DNA of 64,000 nt from the human T2T-CHM13v2.0 reference genome, Homo sapiens. The DNA is taken from assembly GCF_009914755.1 (NCBI RefSeq), contig NC_060925.1. One strand, written 5' to 3'. A program made the position numbers and the translations under genes. Positions 13,789-26,500 of this stretch are shown here, in pieces. The notes under the pieces are model-generated. The model was not told where the DNA came from and did not search any database. It worked only from the letters and a program-made list of their open reading frames with translations. Within the stretch, counting starts at the first letter, position 1, and every line of letters begins with the position of its first letter.

Positions 13789-14500
13789 GAAAACCATATG
13801 ATTAAATTAATAAACACAATAAAAGCGTTTGGCAAAATTAAATATTCTTACATGACAAAAAACCTCTCAACAATTTAGTATAGAAAATATATGCCTTAAA
13901 ACAGAAGGACATAAAGGACAAACCTACAACTAAGATCATACTGAGTGTGGAAAAGGTGAAAGATTTTACTGTGAACAAGAAAAAGATTTTACTGGAACAA
14001 GAAAAGGATGCCTATTCTCACCAATCATATTTCACATAGTGAAAGTCTTAGCCAGGACAATTAGGTGAGAAAAAGAAATAAAGGACATCTGAATTGGAAA
14101 GGAGACAGTCAAATTGTCCCTGTTTAAAGACAATGTGATCTTATACACGGAAAAAAATAAGACTCTACCAAAAGCTTCTTAGGGTGATACATGAAATTAA
14201 TAAAGTTGCAGGATATAAATCAACATACAAAAATCAGTAGCATTTCTATATATTGATAGTAAACTAGCTGAAACAAGAAATTAAGAAAGCAATTCCTTTT
14301 ACAATAGCTACAAAAATGTACTTAGAAATAAATTTAACCAAGGAAGTAAAAGATTTCGACAACAAAAATGACAAATATTAATGAAAGAAATTAAAGAAAA
14401 CACAAAAAAGGAAAGACATCCACGTTTATAGATTGAAATAACTAATATTCTTAAAATGACCCACTATCCTATGTGATTTACAAATTTGGTACAATCACTA
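13789..14500 (+). mobile_element. L1 ORF2 (RT region) fragment, inverted relative to the adjacent 3' end
   Basis: taaagttgcaggatataaatcaacatacaaaaatcagtagcatttctata and flanking ORF2 motifs. Confidence 0.85.
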
Positions 14501-15217
14501 GCTTGTATTTTTAAAAGCACCTTTGTTGCATATTCTTAAGATATTCAATGACAATGCCTGGATTTAAGTTTGAGGTATTATTATATCTATTTTATACTGG
14601 GCACAATATAATGTTATCAGAGGTAACGGTTTTGATTGGTCCTAGGTCATACAGTAATATATACATTGTGATTTATAGACATGCTATCTTTTAATACTCA
14701 GGCATTTAGAAAGTTCATTTAGACAAAGTTATAAAAACTTGCTGTCCTTTCTGCCTATATCACCTAAAAATCCTAATTTAAGAGGTAATAACATTTTTTA
14801 TTTGATATACAATTTATCAACACAATAAAAATCTAACAATTATCATGTGCAGAGTGTGAAAATCTCATCAGATTAAGGAACACAAAGACATCTTTTTCAT
14901 ATTTCGAATGTAAAACTGTTTTGGAAACTGTTATTTTTAGAAACAGTTAAAAACATTTTTTCATTAGTTTTTCATGTAAAATTGTGACAACCAGCATGAA
15001 ATAACTGTCATCACAGAAGCATGGTATATTCGATTCCAAAACATATTCTTTGTAAGTTTTAATATATTTATGTATTATTTATACTTAGATTGTAACCCAT
15101 AATGTACAGATATTATTTTTCCTTCAACTCTTAAGAATATTCTTAAATAATAAAATTAAAATTAATGAATTATAATTTTTGTTGCTTGGGAAAAAGAATA
15201 GACACACACGTGACAGT

Positions 15218-18200
15218 GCATCACTTCACCCCATCATTTCATCTCATCATTTCATCATTTCATCTCATCATTTTATCTCATTTCATCTCATCCCATCTCA
15301 TCTCATCATTTCATATCATCTCATCATTTCATCAAATCTCATCTCATTTCCATTTCATTTTCATTATTTCATTTCATCATTTCATTTCACTATTTCATTT
15401 CATTTCATCTAATTTCATTTAATTCATTATGTCATTTCATATAATCTCATTTCATTTCATCTCATATTTTTGATATCATTTTTCATCTCATTTCATCTCA
15501 ATTCATCTCATCATTTCATCTCCTCATCTCATCATTTCCTCCTTTCATTACAACATTTCATCTCATTTCTTCTCATCTCATTTCAATTTCATTATTTCAT
15601 CTCATTTCATTATTTCACCTAATTTCATTATTTCATCTCATCTCATCTCAGTTCATCTGATCTCATTTCATCTCAGCATTTCATCTCATCATTTTTCATC
15701 TCATCATTTTTCATCTCATCATTTAATCTCATTTCATTTCATTTGATCTCATCATTTCAGCTCATTTCATGTCACATCTATTCATTTCATCATTTCATTT
15801 CAACATTTCATCATTTCATCGCATCATTTCATCTCATCTTTCAATTTCATTTCAATATCATTTCATCATTTCTTTTCATTTCATCTCATTTCATTATTTC
15901 ATTATTTCATTTCATTTCATCTCATCATTTCATCTCATCATTTTTCATCTCATCATTTTTCATCTCATCATCTCATCTCATCATTTCATCTCATTTCTTC
16001 TCATCATTTCATCTCATCATTTTATCTCATTTCATCTCATCTCATTTCAATTTCATTATTTCATTTCATTTCACTTCATTTCATTTCATCTCATTTTATC
16101 TCATCTCATTTCATCTCATCATTTCTTCTCGTATCATCTCATCATTTCACCATTTCATCTCGTTTCATCTCATTTCATCTCATCTCACCTCATATCATCA
16201 TTTCATCTCATCCTTTCATTTCATCTCATCGTTTCATCTCCTCATTTCATCTCATCTCACCTCAGCATTTCATCATTTCACCTCATCATTTCTTATTTCA
16301 TCTCATTTTATCTCATTTCATCTCATATATCAATTCAATTTCCTTTCATTATTTCATCTCATTCATCTCATTTCATTACATCTCATCATTTCCTCTCATC
16401 ATTACATCTCATCTCATCATTTCATCATTTCATCTCATCATTGCATCTCATCATTTCATCTCATTTCGTCTCATCATTCATCTCGTCATCTCATCTCATC
16501 ATTTCCATTTCATTATTTCATTTCATCATTTAATTTCATCATCTCATTTAATTTCACCTCATTTCATTATTTCATTTTTTCATTTCATTATGTCATTTCA
16601 TTTCATCTCATTTCATCTCATTTCATTTCATCTCATCTTTTCATCTCATCATTTCATCTTATCATCTCATCAACTCTTTTCATCTTATCATTTCATCATT
16701 TCATCTTATCACTTCATTTCATCTTGTATCTTCTCATCTCATTTCAATTTCATTTCATTATTTCATTTCATTATTTCATGTCATCTCATCTCATCATTTC
16801 ATCTCATCACATCTCATCATTTTATCATTTTATTTCATCATCTCATCATTTCATCTCATCTCATTTCAATTTTATTTATTTATTTCAATTTCATTTCATC
16901 TCATCAGTTCATCTCATCATTTCATCTCATCATCTCATCTCATCTCATCATTTCATCTCATCATTCATCTCATTTCATATCATTTTATCTCATCTCATTT
17001 CATCTCATTTCATCATTACATTTCATCTCATTTTATGTCATCATTTCATGTCATCATTTCATCACATCTCATCTCATCATTTCATCTCATCATTTCATCA
17101 TTTCATCTCATTTCAACTCATTGCATCTCATCTCATTTCCATTTCATTATTCCATTTCATCATTTCATTTCATTATGTCATTTCACCTCATCATATTTCA
17201 CCTCATTTCATCTCATCTCATCATTTCATTTCATCTCATCATTTCATCTCATTTTATCTCATCTCATCTCATCATTTCCATTTCATTTTCATTTCATTAT
17301 TTCATCATTTCATTATTTCATCTCATTTCATTATTTCATTTCATTATGTCATTTCATTTCATCTCATTACATTTCATCTCATTTCATCTCATCATTTCAT
17401 CCATCATTTCATTTCATTTCATCATTTCATCTCATGATTTCATCTCATCTCATCATCTCATTTCATCTCATTATTTCATCTCATTTCATCTCATCTCATT
17501 TCATCATTTCATTTCATCATTACATCTCATCATTTTATCTCATTTCATCTCATCCCATCTCATCTCATCATTTCATATCATCTCATCATTTCATCTCATC
17601 ATTTCATCAAATCTCATCTCATTTCCATTTCATTTTCATTATTTCATTTCATCATTTCATTTCACTATTTCATTTCATTTCATCTAATTTCATTTAATTC
17701 ATTATGTCATTTCATATACTCATTTCATTTCATCTCATATTTTTGATATCATTTTTCATCTCATTTCATCTCAATTCATCTCATTTCATCTCCTCATCTC
17801 ATCATTTCCTCCTTTCATTACAACATTTCATCTCATTTCTTCTCATCTCATTTCAATTTCATTATTTCATCTCATTTCATTATTTCACCTAATTTCATTA
17901 TTTCATCTCATCTCATCTCAGTTCATCTGATCTCATTTCATCTCAGCATTTCATCTCATCATTTTTCATCTCATCATTTTTCATCTCATCATTTAATCTC
18001 ATTTCATTTCATTTGATCTCATCATTTCAGCTCATTTCATGTCACATCTATTCATTTCATCATTTCATTTCAACATTTCATCATTTCATCGCATCATTTC
18101 ATCTCATCTTTCAATTTCATTTCAATATCATTTCATCATTTCTTTTCATTTCATCTCATTTCATTATTTCATTATTTCATTTCATTTCATCTCATCATTT

Positions 18201-21200
18201 CATCTCATCATTTTTCATCTCATCATTTTTCATCTCATCATCTCATCTCATCATTTCATCTCATTTCTTCTCATCATTTCATCTCATCATTTTATCTCAT
18301 TTCATCTCATCTCATTTCAATTTCATTATTTCATTTCATTTCACTTCATTTCATTTCATCTCATTTTATCTCATCTCATTTCATCTCATCATTTCTTCTC
18401 GTCTCATCTCATCATTTCACCATTTCATCTCGTTTCATCTCATTTCATCTCATCTCACCTCATATCATCATTTCATCTCATCCTTTCATTTCATCTCATC
18501 GTTTCATCTCCTCATTTCATCTCATCTCACCTCAGCATTTCATCATTTCACCTCATCATTTCTTATTTCATCTCATTTTATCTCATTTCATCTCATATAT
18601 CAATTCAATTTCCTTTCATTATTTCATCTCATTCATCTCATTTCATTACATCTCATCATTTCCTCTCATCATTACATCTCATCTCATCATTTCATCATTT
18701 CATCTCATCATTGCATCTCATCATTTCATCTCATTTCGTCTCATCATTCATCTCGTCATTTCATCTCATCTCATCATTTCCATTTCATTATTTCATTTCA
18801 TCATTTAATTTCATCATCTCATTTAATTTCACCTCATTTCATTATTTCATTTTTTCATTTCATTATGTCATTTCATTTCATCTCATTTCATCTCATTTCA
18901 TTTCATCTCATCTTTTCATCTCATCATTTCATCTTATCATCTCATCAACTCTTTTCATCTTATCATTTCATCATTTCATCTTATCACTTCATTTCATCTT
19001 GTATCTTCTCATCTCATTTCAATTTCATTTCATTATTTCATGTCATCTCATCTCATCATTTCATCTCATCACATCTCATCATTTTATCATTTTATTTCAT
19101 CATCTCATCATTTCATCTCATCTCATTTCAATTTTATTTATTTATTTCAATTTCATTTCATCTCATCAGTTCATCTCATCATTTCATCTCATCATCTCAT
19201 CTCATCTCATCATTTCATCTCATCATTCATCTCATTTCATATCATTTTATCTCATCTCATCTCATTTCATCATTACATTTCATCTCATTTTATGTCATCA
19301 TTTCATGTCATCATTTCATCACATCTCATCTCATCATTTCATCTCATCATTTCATCATTTCATCTCATTTCAACTCATTGCATCTCATCTCATTTCCATT
19401 TCATTATTCCATTTCATCATTTCATTTCATTATGTCATTTCACCTCATCATATTTCATCTCATTTCATCTCATCTCATCATTTCATTTCATCTCATCATT
19501 TCATCTCATTTTATCTCATCTCATCTCATCATTTCCATTTCATTTTCATTTCATTATTTCATCATTTCATTATTTCATCTCATTTCATTATTTCATTTCA
19601 TTATGTCATTTCATTTCATCTCATTACATTTCATCTCATTTCATCTCATCATTTCATCCATCATTTCATTTCATCATTTCATCTCATGATTTCATCTCAT
19701 CTCATCATCTCATTTCATCTCATTATTTCATCTCATTTCATCTCATCTCATTTCATCATTTCATTTCATCATTACATCTCATCATTTTATCTCATTTCAT
19801 CTCATCCCATCTCATCTCATCATTTCATATCATCTCATCATTTCATCTCATCATTTCATCAAATCTCATCTCATTTCCATTTCATTTTCATTATTTCATT
19901 TCATCATTTCATTTCACTATTTCATTTCATTTCATCTAATTTCATTTAATTCATTATGTCATTTCATATACTCATTTCATTTCATCTCATATTTTTGATA
20001 TCATTTTTCATCTCATTTCATCTCAATTCATCTCATCATTTCATCTCCTCATCTCATCATTTCCTCCTTTCATTACAACATTTCATCTCATTTCTTCTCA
20101 TCTCATTTCAATTTCATTATTTCATCTCATTTCATTATTTCACCTAATTTCATTATTTCATCTCATCTCATCTCAGTTCATCTGATCTCATTTCATCTCA
20201 GCATTTCATCTCATCATTTTTCATCTCATCATTTTTCATCTCATCATTTAATCTCATTTCATTTCATTTGATCTCATCATTTCAGCTCATTTCAAGTCAC
20301 ATCTATTCATTTCATCATTTCATTTCAACATTTCATCATTTCATCGCATCATTTCATCTCATCTTTCACTTTTATTTCAATATCATTTCATCATTTCTTT
20401 TCATTTCATCTCATTTCATTATTTCATTATTTCATTTCATTTCATCTCATCATTTCATCTCATCATTTTTCATCTCATCATTTTTCATCTCATCATTTTT
20501 CATCTCATCATCTCATCTCATCATTTCATCTCATTTCTTCTCATCATTTCATCTCATCATTTTATCTCATTTCATCTCATCTCATTTCAATTTCATTATT
20601 TCATTTCATTTCACTTCATTTCATTTCATCTCATTTTATCTCATCTCATTTCATCTCATTTCTTCTCGTCTCATCTCATCATTTCATCATTTCATCTCGT
20701 TTCATCTCATTTCATCTCATCTCACCTCATATCATCATTTCATCTCATCCTTTCATTTCATCTCATCGTTTCATCTCCTCATTTCATCTCATCTCACCTC
20801 AGCATTTCATCATTTCACCTCATCATTTCTTATTTCATCTCATTTTATCTCATTTCATCTCATATATCAATTCAATTTCCTTTCATTATTTCATCTCATT
20901 CATTTCATCTCATTTCATTACATCTCATCATTTCCTCTCATCATTACATCTCATCTCATCTCATCATTTCATCATTGCATCTCATCATTGCATCTCATCA
21001 TTTCATCTCATTTCGTCTCATCATTCATCTCGTCATTTCATCTCATCTCATCATTTCCATTTCATTATTTCATTTCATCATTTAATTTCACCTCATTTCA
21101 TTATTTCATTTTTTCATTTCATTATGTCATTTCATTTCATCTCATTTCATCTCATCATTTCATTTCATCTCATCTTTTCATCTCATCATTTCATCTTATC

Positions 21201-22585
21201 ATCTCATCAACTCTTTTCATCTTATCATTTCATCATTTCATCTTATCACTTCATTTCATCTCGTATCTTCTCATCTCATTTCAATTTCATTTCATTATTT
21301 CATTTCATTATTTCATGTCATCTCATCATTTCATCTCATCACATCTCATCATTTTATCATTTTATTTCATCATCTCATTTCATCTCATGTCATTTCAATT
21401 TTATTTATTTATTTCAATTTCATTTCATCTCATCAGTTCATCTCATCATTTCATCTCATCATCTCATCTCATCTCATCATTTCATCTCATCATTCATCTC
21501 ATTTCATATCATTTTATCTCATCTCATTTCATCTCATTTCATCATTACATTTCATCTCATTTTATGTCATCATTTCATGTCATCATTTCATCACATCTCA
21601 TCTCATCATTTCATCTCATCATTTCATCATTTCATCTCATTTCAACTCATTGCATCTCATCTCTTTTCCATTTCATTATTCCATTTCATCATTTCATTTC
21701 ATTATGTCATTTCACCTCATCATATTTCATCTCATTTCATCTCATCTCATCATTTCATTTCATCTCATCATTTCATCTCATTTTATCTCATCTCATCTCA
21801 TCATTTCTTCTCATCTCATCATTTCCATTTCATTTTCATTTCATTATTTCATCATTTCATTATTTCATCTCATTTCATTATTTCATTTCATTATGTCATT
21901 TCATTTCATCTCATTACATTTCATCTCATTTCATCTCATCATTTCATCCATCATTTCATTTCATTTCATCATTTCATCTCATGATTTCATCTCATCTCAT
22001 CATCTCATTTCATCTCATTATTTCATCTCATTTCATCTCATCTCATTTCATCATTTCATTTCATCATTACATCTCATCATTTCAACTCATCTCATTTCAA
22101 TTTCATTTCAATTTCATTACATTTCATAATTTCCTTTCATTATTTCATTTCATTTCATCTCATTTCATTATTTCATTTCATTATTTCATTTCATCTCATT
22201 TTTCATCTCATTTTTCATCTCATTTCATCTCATCATGTCATCTCATCGTTCATCTCATTTCATCTCATTTTATCTCATTATTTCATCTCATCTCATTTCA
22301 ATTTCATTATTTCATATCATTTCATTATTTCATTTCATTTCATCTCATCATTTCATCTCGTTTCATCTCATCATTTCATCATCTCATCATTTCATCTCAT
22401 TTCATCTCATCTCATCTCCTTTCAATTTCTTTTCAACTTTGTCATTTCATCTCATCATTTAATCTCATCATTTCCACTCTCCATTTCATCTCAAAATTTC
22501 ATCTCATCATCTCATCTCATCTCATCATTTTGTCATTTCATCTCATCATTTCATCTCATCTCAAGTCATCTTATCATTTCATCTA
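15218..22585 (+). repeat. CATTT/CATCT/CAT satellite array (~7.4 kb, HSat3-like but G-poor) with a ~2.25-2.27 kb higher-order repeat
   Basis: Near-continuous CATTT/CATCT pentamers; landmark GATATC at 15472, 17745, 19997; near-identical ORF starts at 15743, 18013, 20268. Confidence 0.95.
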
Positions 22586-22764
22586 AGTGAAATGACATAA
22601 TGGAATCATGAAATGAAATGGATAGGATGCCCTCAGTGATGTTAAATTTAAAAATTGTTTCTTTTCATGCATGCATTTTTATATTTATATGTATTTATAT
22701 TTATATTTACTAATATTTCTTTTTACTTATTTTTATTTATATTTTTACTTATTTCTTTATTCAT

Positions 22765-23204
<440 letters not shown>

Positions 23205-23596
23205 TAGGTAATATGAATATTCTGTACAGGAAATACGCCCTTAATTACATAGGAATAAACGTTTGTTACACTGAGAAAAATCTAATAGAGCTAAAAATAA
23301 ATATTAATTTGGAAAGGTCATTAGATACTGATACATTCTTACGTTTATACATTCTTTCATATATTCATATATTCTTTTAACAGTATCAATGGTTTGGAGT
23401 TATGTGTACAAAACCATGACCTATATGTAATACAACTAATAACAGGCATTTACAATTCAAGGCATATTATATACAAAGCTTTAACTTCTTATCAAAATAT
23501 TTTGTTTTTTTTCTTTCTGTTTTGGCAGATACTATGAACACTACATTCAACTCACAGACACCATGGAGCCCTTACTAAGCATAAAGTACTGTGAAA

Positions 23597-26500
23597 GGCC
23601 AGGGCTAGGACAGAACTGAGACAGGGCCAGGGATAGGACAGAACAGGGGCAGGGTCACGGCCAGAGAAAAACCAGGGGCAGGGTCACGGCCAGGGACATG
23701 AGAGGACCAAGGCCAGGGCCAGAAGCAGGGCAGAACCAGGGCCAGGGCAGGGACATGGCAGGGCCAGGGCCATGGCAGGATCAGGGTCAGCAGAAGGCCA
23801 GGGCAGGGCTAGGGTAGCGCAGGGCCAAGGCAGGGCAGGGTCAGTGTAGAGCAAGGAACGGGCCAGGGTATGGCAGGGCAGGGACAGGGAGGTCCAGGGC
23901 CAGAGTCAGGTCCAGGACATGGACAGGACAGGGCCAGAAATATGGCAGGACCAGAAAGGGGACAGGGCAAGGGCAAGGCCAGAGAAGGACCATGGAAAAA
24001 ACACGGCCAGGGAGGGTCCAGGGCAAGGGCAAGGCCAGGGCAGAACCAGAGCCAGAGCAGGCCAAAGGCAGGGCCAGGGCAGGGCAAGGCCAGGGTAGGG
24101 CGGGGCCAGTGTAGGGTGAGGGTAGGGCCAGGGTGAGTTCAGGGCCAGGGCAGGACTAAGATAGCACAGGGCCAAGGCAGAGCCAGGGCAGGGCCAAAAG
24201 GAGGGGCCAGGGCCAAGCATGGCCAGTGTCAGACCTGGGGATTGTCAGGGCCAGGGTCAGGGTCAAGGCTGGGCCAGGGACAGGGCCAGAGCAAGGGCAG
24301 GGCCAGGGAGAAAGCAGAACCAGAGAGGATCCAGAGCAAGGCCAGGGTCAGGGCAGAACCAGGACCAGGATAAGGCAAAGCCAAGGCCAGGGCAGGGCAA
24401 GGCCAGGGCAAGGCAAGACCAGGGAAGGGCAAGGCCAGAGTAGAAAAGGCCAGTGTAGGGCCAGGCCAGGGTAGGAGAAGGCCATGGTAGGGCCAAGGCC
24501 AAGGCAGGGCAGGGCTAGGGTAGCACAGGGCATGGCCAAAAACAGGGCAGGGCCATAACAGTGGCAGGACTAGCAACAGGGCCAGGGCAAGCGCTGGACC
24601 AGAGCATGGTGGGGACAATACAGGGCCAGGACAGACGATGGCAAGGCAGGTCCAGGGCCATTTCATGGACTCGGTAGGCCTGGGGTCAGGCCAGGGCAGG
24701 GCAAAGGCAAGACCAGGGAGAAGGCAGGGCCGGGGCCAAGGCAGTGCCAGGGCAGGGCAGGACCAGTGCAGGGCCAATGCAGGGTGAGGGCAAGGCCAGG
24801 GCATGGAAGGGCAGGGCAGGACCAAGGAAGGGCCAGGAGAGGGCCACGGCAGGGTCACGGCCAGAACAAGGGTATGGCTGGGGTCAGGAATGTGGTAGGA
24901 CGAGGGCTGGGCCCAGGCTGGGACACGCAGGGCAGAGCATGATCTGTGCAAGGCACGGCCAGAGCCAGGCCATAGAGATGGGAGGGCAACACCAAGGCAG
25001 AGTCAGGGTAGATCCAGGGCTGAGCAGAGTCAGGGCAGGTCCAGAGTCGAGGCAGAGCTAGGGCCCAAGCAGGGCCATGGTAGCACCAGGGCAGAGGAGG
25101 GCAGGGCAATGCAGGACTGGGCCATGGCAGTGCCTGGTCAACTCCCGGGCAGGGCCAGAAGCAGGACAGGGCCAGGGCCAATGCTCAGGCCAGGGACAGG
25201 GCATGACAGGAAGTGCCAGAGCAGGGCTGGACCAACGTTGGGGCAGGGCAAATCAGACCAGGACACCTCCAAGTCCATCTCTGGCCCTGCCTTGGCCCTG
25301 GCCCCTTCCTGGCCTGACCTTGTCCCTGGCCCTGCCCTATCCATGCCCTGTGTGTTTGACCAGTGTTTTATAACCAGAATCCTACAAGAAACTTAAATTA
25401 GTTCTTTTTGTGCATTTTTAGTAGAGATGGGGTTTCACAATGTTGCCCAGGCTGGTTCCAAACTCCTGAGCTCAAGCCATCTGCCTGCCTTGGCCTCCCA
25501 AAGTGCTGGGATTACAGGAGTAATCTGGCCAAGTATTTAACTTCTTTATACCTGTTTCCTACATTTGGAAAATGGGGATGCTTTAAGTACCTAGCACATA
25601 GAATTATTGTGAGAATCAATGCCTCACATATTAACATATTGATAAAATTATACTCATAGAACACTACTGGAAGCAAAGATAGTATTAGTTAAAATTTAGT
25701 GATTACTGCAAATATTATTACTATTACAAACAATATAGTATAGACATTACTACTACTATAGTTATCTTAAAAATCTAAAATAAAAATTTTATGTAATAGC
25801 CCAATGTAATCTCTCCTGCTCTGTCCTGGCTCAGCCCTAGTGCCGGCTCTGCCCCTAGTCCTACTACATCCCTGGCCCTGACCCTTCCCTGGTCCAGCCG
25901 CTGCCCTGGCCCTTCCCATCTTCAGGCCTTACCATGGCCCTACCCTGGTCCTGACCCTGCCCTGGTCTGGTCCTGACCCTGGCCCTACCCCAGAGAAGGG
26001 GTATGGCAGAGCCAGGGAAGGGCCAGGGCAAATAAGGGACAGGACACATCCAAATCCAGGAAAGGGCCAGGGCCATGACAGAGCCAGGGCGAGTCCTTGG
26101 CAGGGCCAGGTTCCAGGCCAGGGCCAGGAAAGGGTCATGGCAGGGTCACTGTATGGCCAAGGTCCAGGCCAAAGCCAAGGCAGTGGCAGGGTCAGGTCTG
26201 CATAAGGGCAGGACCAGAGCCAGTGATACGGCAGGGCCAGGGCCAGGGCCAGGGCTGTGCCAGGACAGAACAAGAGCAGAGCAGGGCAGGACCAGAGCCA
26301 GGCCATAGAGAGAGTAGGGCAAATGCCAAGGCAAGGCCAGGGTAGTGCCAGGGCTGAGGCAAGATCAGGGAAGGTCCAGGGCTCAGTCAAGGCTAGAACC
26401 AAGACAGGGGCAAAGGCCGGGGCAGATCTAGGGCACAAGCAGGGCAGGCTAGGGCAGGGCAATGGCAAGACCAGGCCATGGCAGGGCCAGCCCAGGATAG

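Noticed and set aside
15165-22586. Long ORFs of up to 772 aa rich in H/F/I/S/L
   Set aside because: Translation of a G-poor CATTT satellite where stop codons are rare; no domain or gene structure.
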